From: Candidatus Bathyarchaeota archaeon
GTDB lineage: Archaea > Thermoproteota > Bathyarchaeia > Bathyarchaeales > Bathyarchaeaceae
Length of the DNA: 64,000 bases
Assembly: GCA_004376295.1 (NCBI GenBank)
Contig: SOJZ01000005.1
Span: 33,914 to 97,913, forward strand
Direction of reading: 5' to 3'
Both the position numbers and the translations under genes were made by a program. This document shows, piece by piece, positions 27,694 to 36,269 of the stretch. The number at the start of each line of letters is the position of its first letter. Position 1 is the first letter of the stretch. The notes under the pieces were generated by a model. That model made no database searches, was not told the DNA's origin, and saw only the letters and a program-made list of their open reading frames with translations.

Positions 27694-28066
27694 TCTTACT
27701 AATCACCTCTTGGAGGCCGACGAAGAGGATAAAACGCTTTTGTCACGATGTTGAACGTTTGATACCTGATGCTGTCTGAATTAGTCAGGGCAAGTTGAAT
27801 CTTGATGGAATAGCTGAAAAAGCTCTTGAGCCAAGTGCTGACCGAGTTATTATTGTTTTCGCAACAAAAATGTTGCTTTTTGATGCTGTCTGAGAAGTTC
27901 CGAGAGGTAAACAGGCGAGGTTATCCCTACAAGCGAATCTACACTTGGTGGGTCCATGAACCTACGTTCCCTAGATAAAGAGATTTTTGGTCTCTTCTAC
28001 AGTGGATACGGCCGCAACCAAAAAGTAGCGAGAATTAGGATGTGCAAACACAAAGGATTGAAATAG
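27690..28066 (+). pseudogene. Brix/Imp4-like ribosome-biogenesis gene, disrupted (in-frame TGAs plus a frameshift)
   Basis: The GTG at 27690 overlaps the rpl37ae stop. Translation VILLITSWRPTKRIKRFCHDVERLIPDAV*ISQGKLNLDGIAEKALEPSADRVIIV...DAV*EVPRGKQARLSLQANLHLVGP* resembles archaeal Brix N-termini (xLLTTSRKPSxRTRSF...NRGKxSL), at the superoperon position where Brix normally sits. In-frame TGAs are at 27777, 27891 and 27957, followed by a frame change. Confidence 0.5.
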
Positions 28067-28109
28067 GTCCTTGTGTTACCATATCGCAGGTGATGTGGGA
28101 AACTCGAAA

Positions 28110-28376
28110 ATGAGAGCTCACGCGGTTGTCCACTTAGATTTTCCATCTCAAAAGCAGTCAAAAATCATGCTTAAGGCATTACGACCTGAGACTAGAACGA
28201 TGTCTGCCCGTCGCTCTAGAGTCTATATCGAAGGCAGAGGAAAAACGTTGATAATACGCTTTGAGGCGGAAGACACGTCCGCTTTAAGAGCTTCCATAAA
28301 CTCTTTCCTTCGTTGGGTTTTTTTAACGAAAACAGTATTGAAATCTGTTGATAAATTTCAATTTGCCGATAAATAA
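28110..28376 (+). CDS. pcc1: KEOPS complex subunit Pcc1
   Basis: 88 aa from the internal ATG. Has AVVHLDFPS...ALRPE...IEGRGKTLIIRFEAEDTSALRASINSFLRWV, the Pcc1/CTAG signature. Confidence 0.8.
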   Translation: MRAHAVVHLDFPSQKQSKIMLKALRPETRTMSARRSRVYIEGRGKTLIIRFEAEDTSALRASINSFLRWVFLTKTVLKSVDKFQFADK

Positions 28377-28507
28377 GATGATACGTTTCAAAATATGGGT
28401 TCTGTTCTAACCTGCAAACTAGCTGCAGATGATGTCTTACGTGAAAACGCTTAATTAACGCGACGTTATAATGCAGACAGAGTTGAGAAATGACGGTTTG
28501 AGGAATT

Positions 28508-28882
28508 GTGATGAGCGAGGATATTTCTAGGCTTCCACCTCAAGTTCAACAGCGGTTGTTGAGGCTTCAGCAGTTACAGCAGACATTGCAGGCGGTTCTA
28601 ACGCAGAAGCAGCAGCTTGAGTTGGAGTTTACTGAGGTGGAGCAGGCGTTAAGCGAGTTGGAGAAACTGACCGACTCCGCGACAATTTACAAGTCCATTG
28701 GTTCGCTTTTAGTGAAGGCGAAGAAAGGTAAGGTGACAACTGAACTGAATGAACGGAAAGACCTTCTTAACATGAGGATTAACGTTCTGGGTAAACAGGA
28801 GGAGCGGCTACGGACCCAAGTGAAGGATTTGCAGACGAAACTGCAGCGTGACCTGCGCCCGCTTTCGCCACCGCCTCCATAG
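28508..28882 (+). CDS. pfdB: prefoldin subunit beta
   Basis: 124 aa of coiled-coil/beta-hairpin/coiled-coil architecture (QQLQQTLQAVLTQKQQLE...YKSIGSLLVKAKK...). Confidence 0.9.
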   Translation: MMSEDISRLPPQVQQRLLRLQQLQQTLQAVLTQKQQLELEFTEVEQALSELEKLTDSATIYKSIGSLLVKAKKGKVTTELNERKDLLNMRINVLGKQEERLRTQVKDLQTKLQRDLRPLSPPPP

Positions 28883-28894
28883 GATGAAAGTTTT

Positions 28895-29197
28895 TTGGAA
28901 GAAATAGGTATACCTGAACTTACTTCTGAGCAGGTGGAAGAGCTTTGCGAAATTGCAGAAAAGGCGGCGAGAAAACATATCCTGTCAAAGATTCCTTCAA
29001 ATAGAATTTCTACCCTTGACATAACCATTGACACCGAGGGGACAAAGCCCGTCACCGTGAACGTCGACGTAGGAGTCACCTTATCGCCCCTTATGAAGAA
29101 TCATGATGTTAAAAGGCTGGTCAACGAAGCTACAGAAGAAGCCTTCGCATCTATTGAAAGATATCTGAGGGCGCTTACATGCAAATCCACAAAATAA
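28895..29197 (+). CDS. conserved archaeal hypothetical protein of the exosome superoperon (DUF3194-like, uncertain)
   Basis: 100-aa ORF directly after pfdB. The family name is recalled from synteny, not verified. Confidence 0.5.
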   Translation: MEEIGIPELTSEQVEELCEIAEKAARKHILSKIPSNRISTLDITIDTEGTKPVTVNVDVGVTLSPLMKNHDVKRLVNEATEEAFASIERYLRALTCKSTK

Positions 29198-30165
29198 TGC
29201 TCCTCATAGACAAACACAATGCTAAGTTGATCGTTTTATTGTGCCATCACAACGCTGATCCAGACGCAGTGTGCGCAGCATTTGCCTTCTCCAGACTACT
29301 GAAGCACCTACGACCTAAATTAAACGTTGAAATTGCAGCGGCCCAAGGACCTAGCAGACTTACCAAATTTATGTTAAAGTCATTGCCCATAAAACTGACA
29401 ACGCATCCACGTATTGAGGAAGCAAACGTTATTGTGTTATTGGACACCAACACCATTCAGCAGCTGGATGAATGGGCTGAACGAGTCAGGGCATCTGACT
29501 CTCCACTCATCGTGATTGACCATCATGCGCGTCATCCGGAAACGGAACGTCTCGCAACGATATCCGTGAGTGACGAAAAAGCCGCGTCCACATGCGAGAT
29601 TGTGTACCAGTTCTTCAAGGAAGCGGAGGTTAAGCTAGAAGAACCCGCGGCTAAGGCTTTATTCCTCGGAATAGCGTTTGACACCCGACACTTCATTTTG
29701 GCCAACTCCGCCACGCTTAAGACCGTAGCTGATCTCATCGACGCCGGGGTGAACGCCCAAGAAGCCTTGCCTCTGCTTTCTTTGCCGATGAACTATTCAG
29801 AACGCATAGCACGGCTTAAGGCGAGTCGACGCGCAAAGCTACTGAAAATGGGGAAGTGGCTGATCGCGCTTTCCCATGTTGGCGCCTACCAAGCTTCAGC
29901 TGCAAGGGCCTTGATTGGATTAGGAGCTCATGTAGCTGTTGTTGTAGGTCAGAGAGACGGTGAGATTCAAATCAGCTTGCGTTCAAGCCGTGATTTCCAC
30001 GAAAAAACAGGGGTACATCTGGGTCGAGACATAGCTAAGTCTCTCGGTGAATACCTCCACGGCATGGGCGGAGGGCACTCGGTGTCAGCAGGAGCTAATG
30101 GGGTGGGCAATGTGGAGGCAAGCCTTAAGCGTTGTATGAGGCTCTTTAAAGAGAAGCTGAAGTAA
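29179..30165 (+). CDS. DHH/DHHA1 family phosphoesterase
   Basis: 328 aa with HHNADPDAVCAA, LLDTN, VIDHHA and C-terminal GGGHSVSAGA motifs. Confidence 0.8.
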   Translation: MQIHKIMLLIDKHNAKLIVLLCHHNADPDAVCAAFAFSRLLKHLRPKLNVEIAAAQGPSRLTKFMLKSLPIKLTTHPRIEEANVIVLLDTNTIQQLDEWAERVRASDSPLIVIDHHARHPETERLATISVSDEKAASTCEIVYQFFKEAEVKLEEPAAKALFLGIAFDTRHFILANSATLKTVADLIDAGVNAQEALPLLSLPMNYSERIARLKASRRAKLLKMGKWLIALSHVGAYQASAARALIGLGAHVAVVVGQRDGEIQISLRSSRDFHEKTGVHLGRDIAKSLGEYLHGMGGGHSVSAGANGVGNVEASLKRCMRLFKEKLK

Positions 30166-30230
30166 CCCTTTTTTAAGTAACTACTCTTAAGTGAAACAGA
30201 TATTTGGCAAATAGATGGGCGCGCGAAGAC

Positions 30231-31085
30231 ATGGCGATCATTGAAACAACAGACCTAACGTACATGTATCCAGCTGGGACAAAATTGTCTCTTCAAGACG
30301 TGTCTATAACGGTTGAACAAGGAGAATTTGTGGTTCTCACGGGTCCCAGCGGTTGTGGGAAGACAACTTTATGTCGATGTTTTAACGGACTTGTTCCTCA
30401 TTTTTATGGTGGAAAACTTGAAGGAAACGTGGTAGTCACAGGTCTCAAGGTGGGTGAACATTCAATCTATGAGCTTGCTCGGCATATTGGCCTCGTTTTT
30501 CAGAACCCAGAAAACCAGCTCTTCGCATTATCTGTTGAAAAAGACGTGGCTTTTGGACTTGAAAACCTCGGGATACCCCGAAGTGATATTAGAAAACAAG
30601 TTGACTGGGCTCTTGAAATAACCGGCATAACTGACCTTCGAGATAGACCGCCGCACGAGCTTTCTGGAGGACAGCAACAGCGTGTAGCCATCGCATGTGT
30701 ACTAGCGATGCAGCCAAACGTAATGATTCTTGATGAACCAACATCTTTTATCGATCCAGTGGGTGCCCAAAAAATCTTCGACGTGATCAATGAGCTGAAC
30801 AAAAAACTGGGTATCACAGTCATCCTCGTTGAACACCGATTGGATTTAGCTTCAAAATATGCAGATCATGTTATAGTGATGGATGAAGGAAAGGTGGTGT
30901 TAGACGGTGAGCCTCGGGAGGTGTTTAACTCCGACAGTGCCCGTTTGATCGGCGTTGGGATTCCTAAAGCAACCAGACTTTACCAGATTCTCAAAGAAAA
31001 GGGCGTATCCCTCAAAAAGGTACCGGTGAATTCGGAGGAAGCATCTCAACTCTTACGGGAGGTCTTGATGCATGATCGAGGTTAA
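30231..31085 (+). CDS. ecfA1: ECF transporter ATPase component
   Basis: Walker A GPSGCGKTT, signature LSGGQQQRVAIA and Walker B ILDEPTS. The start is taken at the ATG (MAIIETTDL) rather than the upstream TTG. Confidence 0.9.
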   Translation: MAIIETTDLTYMYPAGTKLSLQDVSITVEQGEFVVLTGPSGCGKTTLCRCFNGLVPHFYGGKLEGNVVVTGLKVGEHSIYELARHIGLVFQNPENQLFALSVEKDVAFGLENLGIPRSDIRKQVDWALEITGITDLRDRPPHELSGGQQQRVAIACVLAMQPNVMILDEPTSFIDPVGAQKIFDVINELNKKLGITVILVEHRLDLASKYADHVIVMDEGKVVLDGEPREVFNSDSARLIGVGIPKATRLYQILKEKGVSLKKVPVNSEEASQLLREVLMHDRG

Positions 31086-31893
31086 GGATGTTTATTTCAC
31101 CTATCCAAACGGCGTTGAAGCTTTAAGCGGTGTTTCTCTCACAATTCGAGACGGAGAGTTCATTGCGATTATGGGCCAGAATGGCGCGGGAAAAACAACC
31201 CTAGTGAAGCATATTAACGGATTGTTGAAGCCGACGAAAGGAGAGGTTGCCGTTGATGGAGTTAGCACTCGGAAGGTGAGCGTGGCCAAACTTTCACGAA
31301 AGGTAGGATTCGTGTTTCAAAATCCAGATCATCAGCTTTTCTGCGAGACTGTTGAAGATGAGGTTGCCTTCGCTCTTCAAAACTTCGGCTTCAAGGAACC
31401 GCTCATAAAAAAACGGGTAACGTGGGCTTTAAGTCTTTTAAATTTGACACGGTATCGTCAAACGTCTCCTTTCATGCTTAGTGGGGGTGAGAGAAAAAGG
31501 GTTGCCCTAGCTTCGGTTCTTGCATGGAATCCTGACGTTGTGATACTTGATGAACCAACGATTGGCCAAGATTATCGGCAAAAAGAGAAACTGCGACAGT
31601 TTATTGTTCAATTGAACACGCAGGGGAAGACTGTGATCATTGTCACGCATGATGTTGAATTTGTGGCCGAATGTAATCCTCACGTAATTTTGATGGCTCA
31701 AGGAAAGATAGTGGCTGAGGGGGGCGCTAAGGAAACTCTAACCAACCGTGACTTAGTTGCGCAGGCGTTTATTGTGCCTCCGCAGGTTTCGCAGATATTC
31801 TTTGAACTTTCAGATTTGAAGTTGCCCACCAACGTGATTGATGTCTATGAAGCAAGAAAAGTTCTGCTTGATCGTTTAGAGGTCTCCTCATGA
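31072..31893 (+). CDS. ecfA2: ECF transporter ATPase component
   Basis: Walker A GQNGAGKTT, signature LSGGERKRVALA and Walker B ILDEPT. It overlaps ecfA1. Confidence 0.9.
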   Translation: MIEVKDVYFTYPNGVEALSGVSLTIRDGEFIAIMGQNGAGKTTLVKHINGLLKPTKGEVAVDGVSTRKVSVAKLSRKVGFVFQNPDHQLFCETVEDEVAFALQNFGFKEPLIKKRVTWALSLLNLTRYRQTSPFMLSGGERKRVALASVLAWNPDVVILDEPTIGQDYRQKEKLRQFIVQLNTQGKTVIIVTHDVEFVAECNPHVILMAQGKIVAEGGAKETLTNRDLVAQAFIVPPQVSQIFFELSDLKLPTNVIDVYEARKVLLDRLEVSS

Positions 31894-32717
31894 GCGTTTT
31901 TGACGGCTTCAAGTTTAGAAGAGTTTATTCTCCGATTCACCAGCTGGATCCACGAGTCAAATTCTTCTATGTTTTGGTGATGTTCGTGATTGCGATTATG
32001 TTTAATCAGTTGCTACCTCTCATTCTGTTGTTTTTCATTCAATTACCATTTGTGTTTGTGGCTGGTGTTCAGCGGGAGTGGGTTCGATCTCTGAGAGGGG
32101 CTTTATTCTTTGCGATCATGATTTTTTTGTTCAACTTTGTTTTTCAATATTTTTGGACTGAATATCCTCTACCGCCGTCTCCATCTTTGTTGGAATATTC
32201 CATTGCCATGACCCTTCGTTTCATCGTATTAATTGAATCCTTCTCTATGTTCTTTCTCACAACCTCCCCAGACCATTTAGGATTAGCATTAGAGCAAAGT
32301 CATGTACCATACGAGTTTTGCTTCGCCTTCACCACCGCCGTTCGCTTCGTTCCGGTTTTGGCTGAGGAGGCTCAAACAATTATGGATGCTCAGAAGGCTA
32401 GAGGGCTGGAACTTGAACGTGGGAACTTCATTAAAAAAGTGAGAAACTACATTCCCATTCTTATTCCACTCATCGTTAGCGCAATCCGTAGAAGCTTGGA
32501 GCTTGCTGAAGCGATGGAATCTCGAGCTTGGGGCGCAACTGAAAAGCGCACGAACCTCTACGTGCTTGAGATGGAAAGAGGCGACTACATTCTAATCCTC
32601 ATATCTGTCTTGATACTAATCTTTGCTGTCTACGTTTGGGTTTTCCATCGTGAACAGATTCCACTGCTAACCAGCTTCTTGGCTCCCTTAGAATTGACTG
32701 TGACCAAAATATCCTAA
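31890..32717 (+). CDS. ecfT: ECF transporter transmembrane (T) component
   Basis: 275 aa, polytopic, with the CbiQ/EcfT-type ARG..LE motif region (MDAQKARGLELERG). There is a 4-nt overlap with ecfA2. Confidence 0.85.
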   Translation: MSVFDGFKFRRVYSPIHQLDPRVKFFYVLVMFVIAIMFNQLLPLILLFFIQLPFVFVAGVQREWVRSLRGALFFAIMIFLFNFVFQYFWTEYPLPPSPSLLEYSIAMTLRFIVLIESFSMFFLTTSPDHLGLALEQSHVPYEFCFAFTTAVRFVPVLAEEAQTIMDAQKARGLELERGNFIKKVRNYIPILIPLIVSAIRRSLELAEAMESRAWGATEKRTNLYVLEMERGDYILILISVLILIFAVYVWVFHREQIPLLTSFLAPLELTVTKIS

Positions 32718-33036
32718 AAGCCCTAAGATCACAACTCCAAGGAACGCTGAAAATAAACCAACTTTCTTGCAGGGGTTCATTGTTCTATTTTTTTCTCCGC
32801 TTTCTTTGCTTACTTACCCTACGCTGTTTTTTCTTTTTGGTTTTTCCAGTCATACCGTGGTGCCTTTTACTTCCCATCACTAACAAACCCTTTACTCTGT
32901 GAATATCTCAATTCAATCGACACTATTTCTTCAGATAATCCGATATATTTAGCTATCTCAAGTACTGTACACCTTCCCATAACCAGGTTATATGATATGC
33001 AATACAGTATCAGGCAAAACAATGTTCTGCAAGCAT

Positions 33037-33147
33037 ATGTACGCACGCAAAAAGTGGAAAAAGAAGGAGGTGCGTCGTGAAAAACGGAAGAGGAAGCGCC
33101 GACGTGCAAGGTATAAGTTAGCATATTCTTGTCTGTTTCACTATTGA
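33037..33147 (+). CDS. rpl41e: possible ribosomal protein L41e-like micro-ORF
   Basis: 36 codons, MYARKKWKKKEVRREKRKRKRRRARYKLAYSCLFHY. The WKKK...KRKRKRRRAR core resembles eL41. It is too short for the ORF track and lies antisense to the listed 99-aa ORF 32867..33166. Confidence 0.4.
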   Translation: MYARKKWKKKEVRREKRKRKRRRARYKLAYSCLFHY

Positions 33148-33208
33148 CAACCGTCGTGCGAGACATCGAAAAAGAAAAAAGCGTTTGTGACTACTTATTC
33201 TTGAGGGG

Positions 33209-34366
33209 ATGAGGATGATTAGGGATAAAATCTGTGAAATAGGTTATGTCAACAAGATCAGAGACAACATTTTCGACATGAAAAAAGACAGCCTCGTTCC
33301 CCTGTATAAAGCTTTAAGGTCCGCGGATTGTGTGATTTGTGGTGGTTCTGGCAGATCCCTATACTCGTTAAACGCGGCTATGAGTCAAATAGCCACGATG
33401 AAGGATTTTAAGGTCATAATCACTCCAGACGATCCAGGTTTTCCAGGGAAAGATATGTATGACGCGGCTGGTGAGCTGGAGAAAAGATATGAAAACATCT
33501 TGTTACTAATCAACTCTGGAAGCGGAGAATCGAAGGATCCGAAAGCGCTTGCAGAAGAACTCGCGAGATACATTGAAGATACAGGCAGCGAGAGATTTAC
33601 CATGGGGTTGATAACTTCTCACCCGGCTTCTTCCATAGCAAATATCGTTCGGAAATACGGGGAAGTGATCGAGATAAAAGGAAGAGCCAAGGAAGAGAGA
33701 CCGACCGAGGCGTACAGCGAAACCGGTATAATGGGTGACGTATTCGAACTTGAAAGCCTCTTTGTTCTCCACATGTTGACCGAGGTCTTATTCCACAATA
33801 GCACTGTAGAGGAAGGTTTCGAACTGTTTGAAGATGAATTCCAGGTTCTCGGAGAAATGATTGACTTCAACGTTGACTCAGAGATTTATGACTCGCTGAT
33901 TGACATTATGGAAAGAAGAAGCGACGTGTTCTTAGGTGGAAAGGGCACGGCTGATGAGGTGGTCAAGATGACAGTGATAAGGTTAGCTCACATCAAGAAG
34001 TTTCTGGGGGACAACGTCTATATCGCAAGAGGTGTGAACACTCCTCGCCCTAGAGCTGGAGACCTTGAAATTCTAGTGTCTTATTCTGGAGAGACAAAGT
34101 CTGTGGTCAATTGGTGCAACATTTTCAGAGACTTGAAAGGAGTCGTTTTCTCAGTAACTGGAACCAAGGGTTCGCCGTTAGATAGGAATTCTGATTATAA
34201 GATAATACTTGAAGAGAAGGTTAGACCCGGACAACCAAGAAGGTTTTATATGAGAGCTGCGTTTGTGTTGAGCCCGCTTCCCGTGAAGCTTGTGGAAAGA
34301 TTGAGAGAAAAGGGGCTCATTTTGCCAGAATACATAATAGACTGGTACCACTCCCTGTTCGGATAA
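33209..34366 (+). CDS. tandem SIS-domain protein (6-phospho-3-hexuloisomerase-like)
   Basis: 385 aa with two SIS-like halves: CGGSGRS...LLLINSGSGES and GGKGTA...ILVSYSGETKS...SVTG. Confidence 0.6.
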   Translation: MRMIRDKICEIGYVNKIRDNIFDMKKDSLVPLYKALRSADCVICGGSGRSLYSLNAAMSQIATMKDFKVIITPDDPGFPGKDMYDAAGELEKRYENILLLINSGSGESKDPKALAEELARYIEDTGSERFTMGLITSHPASSIANIVRKYGEVIEIKGRAKEERPTEAYSETGIMGDVFELESLFVLHMLTEVLFHNSTVEEGFELFEDEFQVLGEMIDFNVDSEIYDSLIDIMERRSDVFLGGKGTADEVVKMTVIRLAHIKKFLGDNVYIARGVNTPRPRAGDLEILVSYSGETKSVVNWCNIFRDLKGVVFSVTGTKGSPLDRNSDYKIILEEKVRPGQPRRFYMRAAFVLSPLPVKLVERLREKGLILPEYIIDWYHSLFG

Positions 34367-34671
34367 CTGGGCTTAAGCTTCTTCATTCACTGTCAAACGC
34401 AATCTAATCACATACTCGCAGTTCGAATCTTTCTTGCGCCGCAGAGATTAGGTGTAATTCGAAATCTCTAGATAGGTCTCGATTCTTTGAATGTTCTCAA
34501 TATACATAGAGTTGGCTTACTTGCGTGCAGATTCTTAGTGTATGCTAATAGACACAAATAAGGCGTGTCTTCGACTTTCATATGGCGAGCCAGTGGTCTA
34601 TTCAGCTCTTTGACACAAAAAAGGGGAAAGGATTGGAAGTGTTTTCTTCCCTTGTGGAACCACGGGGGCAA

Positions 34672-35979
34672 CTACTTCGACTTGTCGCTCGCGACGAACA
34701 GCGCCGCATCGGCTTGGAGGAAACCGCTTCCCCAGTCCTTGCCGAACCAAGTGAAGTAATACATATAGGGTGGCCAGTCGATTGCCAAGGAGCCATCTGA
34801 TGGCATTGGCAGACCAGCTGCTGCAGTCTTGAGTATCTTCTCCATGTCCTCTTGGCGGTTCTTCGGATGAGATTGTAGCACCAATGCTGCAATTCCTGAA
34901 ACATGAGGTGCTGCCATACTTGTGCCCCAAAGATAATAGTAGCCAACAGCGTAGCTGAAATAGGGCTTGTACGGTCCTACAATAGCAGCGCCCGGGGTCG
35001 TAACGTCCAAATGCCAAGCCTTCTGTCCAAGATCTTTATTTGGTCTTGAGCTGATATAGTCTAGGAAGAGCTGCCAGTTGTTCCCCCAGTAGTCGGGCGT
35101 GTTGAGTTTCTCAGTTACGTCGTTCAGCCACCATCCTGAGCCTAGAAACTGTTCTGTCCATCCAGCCATTGCGCAGGATATGACTTGGGGATATGCTCCT
35201 GGCCACCCCATGCCCGCGTAACCTGCATTGCCCGCTGAGGCCACCACGATTACGTCATTCCTGATAGCGTAGTTTATTGCATCTTCAATCATTGGCGATG
35301 GAGACGGGCCACCAAGACTCATGCTTATGATCACTGGACCGTCTAGAGTTTCAGCCAAGTCGGCGACATAAGTGATACCCGCAGCGACCATTTCATTAGT
35401 GCCCCCTGCGAAATAGGCTGTTCCTCCTGGAAAATCAACCATCCAAGCATCTAGGACAAGTACCGGAATTATCGTTGCCTTTGGCGCTACACCTCTAACC
35501 CAAAAGAGGTCATTGTAGTTGTAGCCTACTATTGTGCTTACCACATGGGAGCCGTGGCCAGAGCCCATGAAAGCATCAGTTATGAATCCTCTGTCGCCAC
35601 GAAGGTCATCCCACCAAAAGTCTTGCAGATCATCGTCCCACCAGACATCATGAGTAAAGCCTTTACCTAGCTCCCATGCTATGTTTGCTTCTGAGAAAAG
35701 CCAAGGCCACATGCTCAGCAACCCTGTGTCCAGAACAGCCACGTATACGCCTTCGCCATTTTCGGCTACTTCGGCGTCAACCATGTCAACCCAGAAAGGC
35801 GTCACTTCAGGAAGACTTTGTTCAGTTGTCATCGGCTCTTCTAAATTGCTCGCAAACTGCTCTCTGTATATCATCACGTCCATAGGGAGCCCGAAATTAG
35901 GCGCGTCCGTTGTCTTTGCCATTGGAATTAGTGCAAACGCAAGTACCGCTAAGAGTAACAATACTGTTGTCTTTCTCAA
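34672..35979 (-). CDS. secreted subtilisin-like serine protease (peptidase S8)
   Basis: 435 aa with an N-terminal signal-like TM segment and the catalytic triad contexts VAVLDTGL (Asp), GSGHGSHV (His) and GTSMAAPHVSG (Ser). Confidence 0.9.
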   Translation of the reverse strand: MRKTTVLLLLAVLAFALIPMAKTTDAPNFGLPMDVMIYREQFASNLEEPMTTEQSLPEVTPFWVDMVDAEVAENGEGVYVAVLDTGLLSMWPWLFSEANIAWELGKGFTHDVWWDDDLQDFWWDDLRGDRGFITDAFMGSGHGSHVVSTIVGYNYNDLFWVRGVAPKATIIPVLVLDAWMVDFPGGTAYFAGGTNEMVAAGITYVADLAETLDGPVIISMSLGGPSPSPMIEDAINYAIRNDVIVVASAGNAGYAGMGWPGAYPQVISCAMAGWTEQFLGSGWWLNDVTEKLNTPDYWGNNWQLFLDYISSRPNKDLGQKAWHLDVTTPGAAIVGPYKPYFSYAVGYYYLWGTSMAAPHVSGIAALVLQSHPKNRQEDMEKILKTAAAGLPMPSDGSLAIDWPPYMYYFTWFGKDWGSGFLQADAALFVASDKSK

Positions 35980-36269
35980 CTTTTTCTTCTCCTTTCATCT
36001 TATTTAATGCGAGCTTATAATAGTGACCTATATCGATTTTAATCTTGTGGAACTTACTTCCATGCACAAGCCACCTAGGCTCTAATCTACTTGCTCTCAA
36101 AAACTCGTTCCAAGACACAAACAACTTGACAACACATCAGCTCTCACGGACTTACCTCGTGAGTTCACTCTTCTATTTTTCTATTGCTTCTGAAATGATC
36201 CCTGTGGGAATGCGTATTCCTTTTAATAGCGGAGATATTTCTATTACGGGCAAACTGAGGGCTCACCGG

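Noticed and set aside
27767-27893. Reading the two TGATGCTGTCTGA 13-mers as C-box (UGAUGA-like) plus D-box (CUGA) elements of a C/D box sRNA.
   Set aside because: The C-like and D-like boxes are only 3 nt apart within each 13-mer. The two copies are 114 nt apart. Neither spacing fits the ~12-nt guide spacing and 50-70-nt size of archaeal C/D sRNAs. The C box is also imperfect.
27777-27959. Genome-wide reassignment of TGA (to Trp or Sec) as an explanation for the in-frame TGAs in the Brix-like and GNAT genes.
   Set aside because: TGA terminates psmA, rrp41, rrp42 and rpl37ae exactly where homologs end. I see no selenoprotein machinery or SECIS-like element in the window.
34421-34429. GTTCGAATC, a T-loop-like sequence in the 300-nt spacer after the tandem-SIS gene, suggesting a tRNA.
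   Set aside because: The flanking bases do not form a T-stem (CGCAG versus CTTTC). No acceptor, D or anticodon arms could be drawn on either strand.
34598-35017. Two overlapping 114-139-aa minus-strand ORFs at the 3' end of the S8 protease gene.
   Set aside because: They are alternative frames of the protease C-terminal region. They have Cys/Arg/Trp-rich non-biological composition, and the protease frame carries the catalytic Ser motif there.
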